Of a stretch of DNA of 64,000 nt, positions 20,399-29,582 are shown one piece after another. The notes below the pieces were generated by a model, which was not told the origin of the DNA, searched no databases, and saw only the letters and a list, made by a program, of their open reading frames with translations. The number at the start of each line of letters is the position of its first letter. The stretch's first letter is position 1. Both the position numbers and the translations under genes were made by a program. The DNA comes from Thermoplasmata archaeon (GTDB lineage Archaea > Thermoplasmatota > Thermoplasmata > Thermoplasmatales > GCA-001856825): contig JBMFTY010000003.1 in the NCBI GenBank assembly GCA_049966795.1, forward strand, positions 3,447-67,446, given 5' to 3'.

Positions 20399-21105
20399 AA
20401 CAGATCGCCCACCCTCCCTAGGTCAATCGTTCCGTAGGCGTCCCAAAGGGCATATACCCTTCCCTCATCCATCTTTACCTTCTTGAGGACGGGGGATGAT
20501 ATCTCATTTTTCAGGATATCGGAGCCTCCCGCATATATGGAAAGCGCTGGAAGGACTATCAGCCCTTCCTTCTTGAAGTAGAGGAAGCACGGAAGCTTTA
20601 TGACTGAGTCCACGGAATCCCTCAGCCCCACCGCGGGATGCTCATTTCCTATCACCGCCAACCCATCCCAGGTGAATGATTTGTGACCGTGGTGGAACGT
20701 GTACCTCCCCTCCCTGTAGATGTCATAGACCCCAACGTTCAGTTTGGAAGCGATGTTCGCAACATAATTGTCATGGTTTCCCTTGACAACGATGGGGGTG
20801 CTCCTCTTAGATATTCTCTGGAGGAGCTCCAGCACGTCCCTCCATTCCTGAGGAGTGTTCCTTGAGAATTCGTGCTTCAGGTCTCCGTCAATTATGAACT
20901 CCTCCGGCTCGTATTTCTCGATGATTTCGTCCACCGTCCCATATATCAGATCGGATTGAACCCTTGGAATGAATATACCGTTCATCGCCAGAACGTCCTC
21001 ATACCCTAAATGCACGTCCGACACTACTACGGCAGAGATATCCTCAAGATAGGCAGCGCCGTACCTTGTCAGGTAAACGCTGTTCTCCACCTCAATCTCG
21101 TCCAT
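20395..21105 (-). CDS. calcineurin-like metallophosphoesterase (archaeal SbcD/Mre11-related family)
   Basis: Motifs VVSDVHLG, DGDLKH, GNHDN and HHGH. Confidence 0.7.
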   Translation of the reverse strand: MDEIEVENSVYLTRYGAAYLEDISAVVVSDVHLGYEDVLAMNGIFIPRVQSDLIYGTVDEIIEKYEPEEFIIDGDLKHEFSRNTPQEWRDVLELLQRISKRSTPIVVKGNHDNYVANIASKLNVGVYDIYREGRYTFHHGHKSFTWDGLAVIGNEHPAVGLRDSVDSVIKLPCFLYFKKEGLIVLPALSIYAGGSDILKNEISSPVLKKVKMDEGRVYALWDAYGTIDLGRVGDLL

Positions 21106-21145
21106 CGATTGATAGTTTATTTAACTACATCTAATTATCTTAGCG

Positions 21146-22045
21146 ATGAAGATAGGGGATGTCGGGGAAAGGAGCTTAATAGAGAGGATATGGTCCGTGG
21201 TAGGCAGGGAGAACGAGGATGAGGACGTTCATTTTTTTTCTGTCGGGAATAGATACGTGCTGCTTGCCATGGATACGATAAATGAGAACTTCCATTTCGA
21301 TAGGGACTGGGACCCTGAACTCGTCGGAAGGTTCCTGGTTGATATCAACCTCAGCGATATAGCCGCAAAAAACGGGTCTCCGCTGGAGATGATGGCATCC
21401 TTCTCTCTTCCAAGGGACCTGGATGAGAGCTGGGTTCTTTCTCTCGTGAAAGGCATCACTGAGGAGGCATCGAGATACGGGGTGACGTTCCAGGGGGGCG
21501 ACCTGAAGGAGAGCCTAGCGGTCTCACTTACTGGTCTCGTGATCGGAGAGGTTGAAGAGGGGAAGGAATTCAGGAGGAGAGGTGCCAGGCCGGGGGATTT
21601 CGTTTACGCAACTTCCCTCATAGGCAGGGTGGAAAGGGCCATCCTGAATTTCTATAGATCTTCCGGGGACTACAGGGGCATACTGGATGTGAGGCCGAGA
21701 TTCGATGCTCTCGAAACGATGAGAAAATACAGGGTCACCTCCTGCATTGACAACTCCGATGGGCTCTACAAATCTCTTGGGCTCATATCGAAGCTGAGCG
21801 GTGTTAGAATATTAATTGAGAACGATGTTTCCGAAGGGGCATCTGACGAGGGCGAGAGGGACCTTTTCTTCTCCATGGGCGGGGATTATGAGCTTATTTT
21901 CACATCTCCTGACGTTATCCGGGAATTTCCCCTGATAGGAAAGGTGAGCGAGGGGGAGGGGGTATTCGACAGGAGTGGAAGGAGGATCAACACGTTTGGC
22001 TACGATCACTTCTCCCCCGTCCTGCTAAGAAGGAAGGGGAGATGA
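21146..22045 (+). CDS. thiL: thiamine-monophosphate kinase (AIR synthase-related)
   Basis: GERSLIERI N-terminus, the D.....HF......P...G......NLSDIAA.G motif, and a PurM-like C-terminal domain. Confidence 0.7.
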   Translation: MKIGDVGERSLIERIWSVVGRENEDEDVHFFSVGNRYVLLAMDTINENFHFDRDWDPELVGRFLVDINLSDIAAKNGSPLEMMASFSLPRDLDESWVLSLVKGITEEASRYGVTFQGGDLKESLAVSLTGLVIGEVEEGKEFRRRGARPGDFVYATSLIGRVERAILNFYRSSGDYRGILDVRPRFDALETMRKYRVTSCIDNSDGLYKSLGLISKLSGVRILIENDVSEGASDEGERDLFFSMGGDYELIFTSPDVIREFPLIGKVSEGEGVFDRSGRRINTFGYDHFSPVLLRRKGR

Positions 22046-22213
22046 TTCCGGAGATTGCACGTGCAAAGGTAGCCCAGTTTTCTGGGATTTAGGGGGAATA
22101 TCTTCCGCCGTGCGCGGGTCTAGGTGATGTCGCATCTGTCCTCACGCTTTGGATTCGCCCCTGCCCCCGGAAAAATTTTTAATCAGGCATCCCTAACAAA
22201 ACGGTAGATAGGA

Positions 22214-22792
22214 TTGATGAAAAAGGTTGTTTTGGTCAGGCATGGTGAAAGCTTCGCAAATGTGAACAACGTTATATCAGAGGACGTGGACAAATATCCT
22301 CTGACGCAGAGGGGTGTTGAGCAGATTTTGTTCACCGGGGAACAACTGAGGGAATTGAATTTTACCGGGATAATCTCCAGCCCTCTCCTGAGGACGAGAC
22401 AGACGGCGAAGACGCTTGCAGAGGTAACAGGGCTACCCGTGAAAGAGGATGAGCGTGTAAGGGAGGCCGGCCTTGGCCCTTACAACGGTTTCAAGGTGGA
22501 TGAGGTACCTAAGCTCAGCAGGGAGGAGCTGGGCATGGAAACATGGGAATCAATACTGAAAAGGATGAGGGGGACGATAGAAAGCTACGAGGGATGCTAC
22601 ATAGTGGTCTCCCATGCCCTTCCCATAAGAGCCCTCGTCGCGAGCTTCCTGGGGCTGGACGAGGTTGGCAGCTTTGGCATAGACATCAAGCCTGCTTCCA
22701 TGACCGCAATAAGCGTGGACGAAGGGAAAGTGCTCACCATCGGCACCCTCCTGCTGACAGAGGAAGTCAAGAAGAAGATGCGTGACTGCTGA
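22214..22792 (+). CDS. histidine phosphatase (phosphoglycerate mutase) family protein
   Basis: VVLVRHGES catalytic RHG motif, SSPLLRTRQTA, and a downstream SHA histidine. Confidence 0.75.
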   Translation: MMKKVVLVRHGESFANVNNVISEDVDKYPLTQRGVEQILFTGEQLRELNFTGIISSPLLRTRQTAKTLAEVTGLPVKEDERVREAGLGPYNGFKVDEVPKLSREELGMETWESILKRMRGTIESYEGCYIVVSHALPIRALVASFLGLDEVGSFGIDIKPASMTAISVDEGKVLTIGTLLLTEEVKKKMRDC

Positions 22793-22823
22793 CCGGCGGA
22801 TGAGCTTCTCTAGACTCGATAAT

Positions 22824-23240
22824 TCACTCGAACGTGAGTTCCCTGAGCCCGGATTTTGAATTCAGGTCCCTCTTCAGGACCATCTCCTCCAGCCTGACCA
22901 CATGAACCTCAAGCAGCGGGTCCGCTACACCAGAGAAGAAATGACCGCCTTTCACAACGTGATCTGGCATCGCTACCGCAACGTGAATGTGAAGCCGCGG
23001 CTCGTTGGAAGTTATGCTTCCGTGGAATGAAACGACCTCCCCTGGGGATTGCAAGACCTCCTTCACGTATTCCTTTCCGTTCCAGTAACCGACTTCAAGC
23101 TGCCTGATCATTCCTATCCCGAAGATGACCAGACCCGAGAATATCCCATAATCATCAAGTAGCTGGAGCATGGATTCAAGAACGTCCTCCCCTCCCTCGA
23201 TCTTGACGACGATGTAGTTCTTCTCTATGTCAGATATCAC
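22824..23240 (-). CDS. PPC/DUF296 domain protein
   Basis: 138 aa. The G.I.S..G.G.......GY......Y......G..E..S..G.I.......HIH pattern matches DUF296. Confidence 0.6.
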   Translation of the reverse strand: MISDIEKNYIVVKIEGGEDVLESMLQLLDDYGIFSGLVIFGIGMIRQLEVGYWNGKEYVKEVLQSPGEVVSFHGSITSNEPRLHIHVAVAMPDHVVKGGHFFSGVADPLLEVHVVRLEEMVLKRDLNSKSGLRELTFE

Positions 23241-23628
23241 GATTCTTTAACCTGAACTCATATATATATGGTTTCCCATCCTTCTCGGAGTTGTAGTGGC
23301 AGGTATCGCACCTGTAGCCAACTATTTTCCTCTTCCCCTGAAGATTGAGGAGCCTCACGGTCTTCAGCTTCGACCCGCATATCGGGCACCTCTTCAATTT
23401 TCCGAACTTCTTCCCGCCGTACTTAACGGTCACGGAAATCTCCGGTATCCTGAATATCAGTCTCCTGAACCTCTTGGGCGAGGGTCGGGAATTCCTTTGC
23501 TCAAGAAGGTCAAGAAAGTTCAGCTCACCGACGACCTCTCCCCTGTCCCTCAGTATGGAGAGTATGTTGAAAACAAGCTCCTCGTCGCTGGCTCTCTTTG
23601 ACACCGAATATGCACCTTTTTCTTGCAT
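23230..23628 (-). CDS. hypothetical protein with C-terminal CxxC...CxxC zinc ribbon
   Basis: CPICGSKL...YRCDTCHY. It lies in line with valS and overlaps the DUF296 gene by 11 nt. No family recognised. Confidence 0.4.
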   Translation of the reverse strand: MQEKGAYSVSKRASDEELVFNILSILRDRGEVVGELNFLDLLEQRNSRPSPKRFRRLIFRIPEISVTVKYGGKKFGKLKRCPICGSKLKTVRLLNLQGKRKIVGYRCDTCHYNSEKDGKPYIYEFRLKNRDI

Positions 23629-23638
23629 AAATCATTTG

Positions 23639-26185
23639 TCATTTCGTTACAGTCACGCATAGATTGTCTGCGCAGTTGGCCCCTTTTCCACCGATGGAAT
23701 ATTCCCTGATAACAGTTACATGGTCCCTCGTTATCCTGATCCCCTCGAATTCAATACCCCCCTCTATAATCCCGGGATTTCTCCTGAGCATATCCTCCAG
23801 TATGCCTGCCTTCCCCCTGAGGGTCTGGTAGACTTCAGGCTTCAGCTTTACGGAAACAATCCTCTCCTCTATCCTTCCTGTTTCTATGGAAACCTTCGCA
23901 GCCCTCAGAGCTCCTCTCACGTCTTCCTCATCTATATTTACCCCCGGCGAAATCACGGTCACCTCCGTGACCTCCTCGGACAACGGGATCCTCTGCTTCA
24001 CCTTCAGGTCCCTTCCAAGTGAGACCGCCTTGGCAGTTAATTCCCCAGTCCCCGCTTCCTTTTCATCACAGCTCATCGCAGAAGGAAAAGGAAGGTCGAA
24101 TATGCTCTTCCTGCCCTCATGCTTCCTGAAGAACCTCTGGTATGAATCCTCCGCAATAAATGGAAGGATGGGCGAGATCATCACTATCGAGGACAGTATC
24201 ACGCGGTACGCATTTTCATAGGCCATCCTTTCGGATAGCCTGTGCTTCACTATTTCCACGTACCCGTCTGCAAGGGTGTGCCATATGAAGTTTTCAAGGA
24301 GTCTTATCGCTTTGTCCATCGAGTAAGAGCTCATTGCGGCGTTGACCTGCGAAATCGTGCTGTTTAGCTCTCTCCGTATCCAGTGGTCTGCCGGCCTCAG
24401 GTTTCCCTCAGATGTCTGCTTTCCGTCGTAGAATTCAAGGAAGGACACCAGGTTGAATATCTTGTTCACGAACCTCTGTCCCCTCACAAGGTCCCTCTCC
24501 CTGAAGGGGGAATCCTCTCCGAGGGAGCATGTCGCGGTGAAGTACCTGAACGCATCCGCTCCGTACTTCCCTATCATCTCCACGGGATCAACAACGTTCC
24601 CCCAGGATGCATGCATGGGCCTCCCGTCCGGGGCCATTATGTTCCCGTCCACCATTATTTCCCTCCACGGGTTCCTTCCGGTCAGGAGGTTGCCTCTGAG
24701 GATGCTGTAATAAGCCCATGTCCTTATTATGTCCTGACCCTGCGGCCTGAGGCTCATCGGGTAAAGCTTTTTGAAAAGGTCCTCGTCCCTCGCATAGAAC
24801 GTGTTGAAAAGTGGGGAGATTGAGGAATCCATCCACGTGTCAAACACTTCCTCAGACCCTCTCAGGGGTGAGCCGCATGTCGGGCAGCCATCATAAGGCG
24901 GCGGGTCAAGAAGTGGATCCACGTAGCACTGCTCTTCCTTTGCAACCACCACGTGGCCGTTGTCGCACTCCCAGACCGGTATCGGGGTTGCGAAATACCT
25001 CTGTCTCGAGACCACCCAGTCCCACGAGAGGGAATCTGTCCAGTCCTCGAGCCTTTTCCTCATAAAGTCAGGGTACCACCTGAGCTCCCTGGCCCACCTT
25101 TTCACATCCTCCTTGAAATCAGTTGTTTTGATGAACCACTGCTCCTTCTGAAGGAATTCGAGGGGGGTGGAACACCTCCAGCACGTTCCGACGTTCTGCT
25201 TTATCTTCCTGTCAGAAACGAAGTACCCTCCATCCTTCAGATCCCGAAGGATTCTCTCCCTTGCTTCCCTGATTGACAGCCCCCTGTAGCTGCCGGCAAT
25301 TTCGGTGAGCCTACCCCTCTCGTCAATAGTTTTCACAAGGGGAAGGGAGTGCCTGTAGATCATCTTCAGGTCCTCCTTGTCCCCGACGGAACAGACCATC
25401 TCCGCGCCTGTCCCGAAGTCAACGACCACGTCCTCGTCCCCTATTATCCTCACCTTCTTGTGAAAGATAGGAACTTCAACTTCCTTTCCTATGAGGCCCC
25501 TGTACCTCTCATCCTTAGGGTTTACAGCTAGGGCAACGCATCCAGGGAGCAGTTCCGGCCTGGTTGTTGATATCGTAATTCTGAAATTGTCACCCTGGAA
25601 CGTTATGTCGTTGAGCATCACATCCCTCTCCTCGTAAACGATCTCCGATTCCGCTATTGCGGTCTCGCATCTCGGACACCAGTTCACCGGGTGCTTGCCC
25701 CTGTAAGCGAGGCCGCTGTTGTACATCCTTATGAATGAAATCTGGGTGTACTTCCTGTACATCTCGGAGCTCGTTTTGTAGTAGAGAGAGTCGTCCGCCG
25801 TTATCCCTAGGGCGCTGAACTGTTCTATCATGTCCGCAATGTTCTTGTCCGCAAACTCCTCGCACAGTTTCACGAATTCCTGCCTGTCGTAATCCTTCAT
25901 CCTTATGCCGTACTTCTTCTCCACGTTCACCTCTATCGGCATGCCGTTCACGTCAAAGCACAGGGGGAAGAACACCTCCTCCCCCTTCAACCTGTGGTAC
26001 TTCGCAACCATGTCTATATGGCTGTAGTGGAAAGCGTGTCCAATATGCATCCTCCCAGAGGCGTATCTCGGCGGAGTATCGATGCTGAATACCTCTTTCC
26101 CCGAATGAAAGTCAAATCTGAATATCCCTTCTTCCTTCCAGTACTTACTCCACTTCCTCTCGCTCTGCTTGAAATCGTAGGGCAT
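23639..26185 (-). CDS. valS: valine--tRNA ligase
   Basis: 848 aa class Ia synthetase. It has IDTPPRYASGRMHIGH (HIGH), WCPRCETAIAESE and KYGADAFRY. The KMSKS position reads PMHAS (see findings). Confidence 0.8.
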   Translation of the reverse strand: MPYDFKQSERKWSKYWKEEGIFRFDFHSGKEVFSIDTPPRYASGRMHIGHAFHYSHIDMVAKYHRLKGEEVFFPLCFDVNGMPIEVNVEKKYGIRMKDYDRQEFVKLCEEFADKNIADMIEQFSALGITADDSLYYKTSSEMYRKYTQISFIRMYNSGLAYRGKHPVNWCPRCETAIAESEIVYEERDVMLNDITFQGDNFRITISTTRPELLPGCVALAVNPKDERYRGLIGKEVEVPIFHKKVRIIGDEDVVVDFGTGAEMVCSVGDKEDLKMIYRHSLPLVKTIDERGRLTEIAGSYRGLSIREARERILRDLKDGGYFVSDRKIKQNVGTCWRCSTPLEFLQKEQWFIKTTDFKEDVKRWARELRWYPDFMRKRLEDWTDSLSWDWVVSRQRYFATPIPVWECDNGHVVVAKEEQCYVDPLLDPPPYDGCPTCGSPLRGSEEVFDTWMDSSISPLFNTFYARDEDLFKKLYPMSLRPQGQDIIRTWAYYSILRGNLLTGRNPWREIMVDGNIMAPDGRPMHASWGNVVDPVEMIGKYGADAFRYFTATCSLGEDSPFRERDLVRGQRFVNKIFNLVSFLEFYDGKQTSEGNLRPADHWIRRELNSTISQVNAAMSSYSMDKAIRLLENFIWHTLADGYVEIVKHRLSERMAYENAYRVILSSIVMISPILPFIAEDSYQRFFRKHEGRKSIFDLPFPSAMSCDEKEAGTGELTAKAVSLGRDLKVKQRIPLSEEVTEVTVISPGVNIDEEDVRGALRAAKVSIETGRIEERIVSVKLKPEVYQTLRGKAGILEDMLRRNPGIIEGGIEFEGIRITRDHVTVIREYSIGGKGANCADNLCVTVTK

Positions 26186-26217
26186 TTAGCGCTTATACTC
26201 CAATGATAAAAAAATGT

Positions 26218-26628
26218 TTAGTGGGATTTCAGTGCCTTAAGGAGTTTCGCAAGTGATTCCACTGCCCTTGTTGAATACTCCTCTATCCTGGCTACCGCCT
26301 GGTCGTGGTCCGCCCCGGGACCTATGATTCCAAGGGTAACGGGCTTCTCCTCTTCGGTGGAGAGATCCACCAACTTCCTCACCGCCTGGTTTATCACAAG
26401 CTCGTCGTGTTTTGTGTCCCCCTTTATCACCGCTCCTATCACAGCAACCCCGTCAATGTCTTTCCTCTTCAGAAGAAGTTTCACTGCCAGCGGAATGTCA
26501 AAAACCCCGGGCACTCTGACGGAATGATGCTCCAGCCCGAGAAGGTCAGCGTGCTCCTCCGCCTTTCTATGCATCATGCTCGTTATGTCATAGTTGAAAT
26601 CTGAAACAACAAGGCCAATCTTCGGCAT
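26218..26628 (-). CDS. ribH: 6,7-dimethyl-8-ribityllumazine synthase
   Basis: IGLVVSDFN......M...A........V.VPG.FD.PLA.K.L......DGV...G.VI.G.T.H is canonical. Confidence 0.9.
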   Translation of the reverse strand: MPKIGLVVSDFNYDITSMMHRKAEEHADLLGLEHHSVRVPGVFDIPLAVKLLLKRKDIDGVAVIGAVIKGDTKHDELVINQAVRKLVDLSTEEEKPVTLGIIGPGADHDQAVARIEEYSTRAVESLAKLLKALKSH

Positions 26629-26629
26629 A

Positions 26630-27109
26630 TCAATCCTCCCCCTTTAATTGACCCGCGTTCTTATAACCTTGCCTGAGACCTGTACCCGCAAATTTTTGAA
26701 GGGAGGTGCCGCCTCCGGTCACAAGACTCACGAGGTTCCTGGAATGTTTTATCGTCCTGTCCTTGGCTAGCTCAGGAAGCAAGGATTCGTCCACTTCATC
26801 CTCGTGGACCGTCACGTCCATTATGTGCTTCTTTGCCATGAGCTGGGCATTTATGAGTCCTATGCTCGCCGCCAGATAGCTATACTTGTCAAGCATCGTC
26901 TTCCCCACCCATCCAAGCGTGATGACGCCGTCGCACCCCTCGTCGAAAAGCTTCGTCGCTCCCAGAGGGAGGTCCTTTATCCCTGGAACCGTGTACCTCA
27001 CTATCTTCCCGTCCGGGTCTTCGCTCCTTATCGTTTCGTATGCAATCCTCCCCATGTCGATCCTTGAGAATGTTGTATCCACTATCCCATATTTGGCCAA
27101 GGATTTCAC
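26630..27109 (-). CDS. ribC: riboflavin synthase, archaeal type
   Basis: [12 protein letters not shown]......V.VPG.KDLP.....L.....CD.V..LG..G is typical of the archaeal lumazine-synthase-like riboflavin synthase. Confidence 0.85.
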   Translation of the reverse strand: MKSLAKYGIVDTTFSRIDMGRIAYETIRSEDPDGKIVRYTVPGIKDLPLGATKLFDEGCDGVITLGWVGKTMLDKYSYLAASIGLINAQLMAKKHIMDVTVHEDEVDESLLPELAKDRTIKHSRNLVSLVTGGGTSLQKFAGTGLRQGYKNAGQLKGED

Positions 27110-27804
27110 ATCCTCAGTATGTCCCTTCCCTCCAGGAAGATAAGGCTGTTCCTGGAAGCGTATGATTCTGCCAGTTCCCTGCTGAGGCTCCTTCCCTGAC
27201 CCAGCATCTCCGCAATCACCATGCTCCTCGGGAGACCGAGGACCTCAGCAAGATGCGTCACCAGTTCAGTGTGCCCCCTCCTCCTTTCCAGACCCCTGGA
27301 GGCAAGAATTGGCACATGGCCCGGGGCATAGAAGTTGTCCAGGAAATATGAGGCCTTGTCCTCCACGTGATCCGTAAGGGTCCTGTGAAGCTCCGCTACG
27401 GTCTTGGCCCTGTCTATATCCGATATCCCCGTGGTCACGGATACATGGTTAACCCATATCATGAATGAGGGAAAATCGCCGTATGAAGGCCTCTTCACTA
27501 AACTCCTGTAAACGGGATGGCTCCTCCATTCATCCGACAGGAAGTTGAGTTTCAGCAACGAAGCCTCCTGACTGCCGGTGACGTAGCATATGAGACCACC
27601 GGCCTCCCTTCTCAGCATGTTTATTGATTCCCATGTCACGGACCCTCCGTAAAAGACCATATCCGCCTCCTCCTCTCTCCCGTCAAAGTCGTAAACTATG
27701 ACCGGCCTACCATTCAGGAGGTCATTTTTTATCTCTGAAAGTGATAACCCGGCTAGATCGCTCATGATTCCAGTATTCGAAGGCGATATTTCAACATTTT
27801 CCAT
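27106..27804 (-). CDS. ribB: 3,4-dihydroxy-2-butanone 4-phosphate synthase
   Basis: GRPVIVYDFDGREEEADMVF......IN.....AGGLIC and HTE motifs. ATGA-type overlap with ribC. Confidence 0.9.
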   Translation of the reverse strand: MENVEISPSNTGIMSDLAGLSLSEIKNDLLNGRPVIVYDFDGREEEADMVFYGGSVTWESINMLRREAGGLICYVTGSQEASLLKLNFLSDEWRSHPVYRSLVKRPSYGDFPSFMIWVNHVSVTTGISDIDRAKTVAELHRTLTDHVEDKASYFLDNFYAPGHVPILASRGLERRRGHTELVTHLAEVLGLPRSMVIAEMLGQGRSLSRELAESYASRNSLIFLEGRDILRM

Positions 27805-27825
27805 ACTTTTGGTTTTACCAATAAA

Positions 27826-28764
27826 TTAGTAAATAAATATCAAGAAACCAACAAATGAAAGGAAATAAAACAGCAGGGGAAAAATCGTTCCCCTCGACCT
27901 TGTTAACCCTATACCTATGGCGACGGAGAACGCGGAGAAAAACAATATAGCAACTATCCCATCCAAAGTTATTATCCACTCGCTCGCCGCCATGCCTATC
28001 GCAGGGAAGATAGTTGTAAACAGAAGTTCCTCCCCGAGGAGGGCGCTGACCGCGAGATTGGTCTTTAACTTCGAGGCCCATATCAATGAATTCATCGTCT
28101 CAGGGACTATGGTACCAACGGGGATGATGAGGATGCTTATCAGCTCCCTGCTTGCCCCGGACTGAGATGCGAATATGTTTATCGACTCCACGAGAACCGT
28201 GGAACCCGCCAGCAGCATCAGGAGGCCGAAAGCAACCAGGATCGCGAGATATCTGTTCGATATCTTCCTCCTGCTTCCCTCCCCCTCGCTCTTCCACAGC
28301 AGCATGAAAAGAACGTATACAATCACGAGAATGGCGGAGGTGAGAATCCTTGCTGCCAGGGAATTGAAGAAATGGGGGATGAGCATCAGTGGAAAAACCG
28401 CACCGAGGAGTATCACCACCCTGGCAAGGGACGGATCGAGCTTCTCAGGATCATTCTTCCTTGAAAGGAGGAGAACGACCACCGCTGCTGGTATGCCTAT
28501 CGAGGAAACCATGAACGGCTCCCCTATTATCGTCCCTGCCGCGATCTCCGATCCCGGACCGCTTCCAACAACCACGATCGCCTCAATCACTATGATGAGC
28601 TCCGGCAGTGCCGTGAACATGGGGCTCAGAATGGCCCCGGTCAGGCTGTCGCTCATCCTCAGCCTGGTCCCTATGCCCTCTATAGCCACCGTGAGAGCCA
28701 GGGAGGAAGCTATGAGGATGAATATCCCTGCCACTATACCCGCGACTGGTGGGATGCCCATCAT
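27826..28764 (-). CDS. Ca2+/cation antiporter (CaCA, sodium/calcium exchanger family)
   Basis: Polytopic membrane protein of 312 aa with two alpha-repeat-like segments (GAILSPMFTALPELI and IIPVGTIVPE). Confidence 0.75.
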   Translation of the reverse strand: MMGIPPVAGIVAGIFILIASSLALTVAIEGIGTRLRMSDSLTGAILSPMFTALPELIIVIEAIVVVGSGPGSEIAAGTIIGEPFMVSSIGIPAAVVVLLLSRKNDPEKLDPSLARVVILLGAVFPLMLIPHFFNSLAARILTSAILVIVYVLFMLLWKSEGEGSRRKISNRYLAILVAFGLLMLLAGSTVLVESINIFASQSGASRELISILIIPVGTIVPETMNSLIWASKLKTNLAVSALLGEELLFTTIFPAIGMAASEWIITLDGIVAILFFSAFSVAIGIGLTRSRGTIFPLLFYFLSFVGFLIFIY

Positions 28765-28838
28765 TTACCCTATGTTCTCATGTTTAATAGTTTAGCTGCC
28801 AATCATTTAATAGTCGCATGCTCATTCTCCCCGTCAAG

Positions 28839-29582
28839 ATGAAGGCTGTAATAACTGCCGCAGGCCTTGGGACCAGATCGGGGCTCAACGGAACCTTCAG
28901 GAAGGAGCTCCTTCCCCTATACGAGGTGAGGGAGGGAAAACTTGTCCTGAGACCTGTCCTGGATATAGTGGCATTCAGGCTTATGAACTTTGGCGTAAGG
29001 GAAGTTGCGATAGTTCTTGATCCTGAAGATAGTGTAACGATAAGCTACGTGGAGAAAGCATGCCCATTCTGCAGAATAATCTACCAGAGGGAAAGAAAGG
29101 GTTTTGGAGATGCTGTGCTGCAGGCCAGGGAGTTCGTTGGAAAGGACAGCTTTATTCTGGCGGCAGGAGACGCGGTCATAATGGATTTTTCCGTGATAGA
29201 GGATCGCCTGCGTGCCTCCATCGCTGAGGATAGAGGGAGCATATTTGTGATGAGGGTGAAGAATGCATCTAGGTACGGGGTGGCAATTCTTGATGCCTCC
29301 GATCCGCCAAGGGTAAGGGGGGCAGTGGAGAAACCGGTAGATCCACCATCAAATTACGCGATTTGTGCCTTCTATTTACTTCCTTCCAGGATATTTGAGT
29401 TCATAGGGAGAACCGGAGGGAAGGAGATGACTGACGCGATAAACCTAGCGGCAAGGGAGGGGGTTGAGTTCATAGCCCTGGAGATATCCAGGAGAAACTG
29501 GATAAGCGTCGGCGTGGCTGGGGAGTACCTGGATGCCCTGAAGACAAGCTACCTTTTCGCAGTGGGGAAGAGAAAGGATTAG
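28839..29582 (+). CDS. sugar-phosphate nucleotidyltransferase
   Basis: MKAVITAAGLGTR......K.LLP is the N-terminal NTP-transferase signature. The ORF is open from 28818, and the ATG at 28839 fits the family N-terminus. Confidence 0.75.
   Translation: MKAVITAAGLGTRSGLNGTFRKELLPLYEVREGKLVLRPVLDIVAFRLMNFGVREVAIVLDPEDSVTISYVEKACPFCRIIYQRERKGFGDAVLQAREFVGKDSFILAAGDAVIMDFSVIEDRLRASIAEDRGSIFVMRVKNASRYGVAILDASDPPRVRGAVEKPVDPPSNYAICAFYLLPSRIFEFIGRTGGKEMTDAINLAAREGVEFIALEISRRNWISVGVAGEYLDALKTSYLFAVGKRKD

Noticed and set aside
22092-22168. A 77-nt GC-rich island bounded by GGGGG...CCCCC in the AT-rich spacer upstream of the histidine phosphatase gene. It is tRNA-sized.
   Set aside because: On neither strand could I build a cloverleaf. 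There is no GTTCRANYC T-loop and no complementary D-stem, and the would-be acceptor stem has a mismatch at pair 6. It may still be a small structured RNA or a protein-binding site, but I cannot support a call.
28175-28795. A 206-aa ORF antisense to the CaCA antiporter gene.
   Set aside because: It is a mirror-frame ORF of a well-supported membrane protein gene. The sequence is low-complexity and Ser/Arg/Pro/Thr-rich with no recognisable motif.
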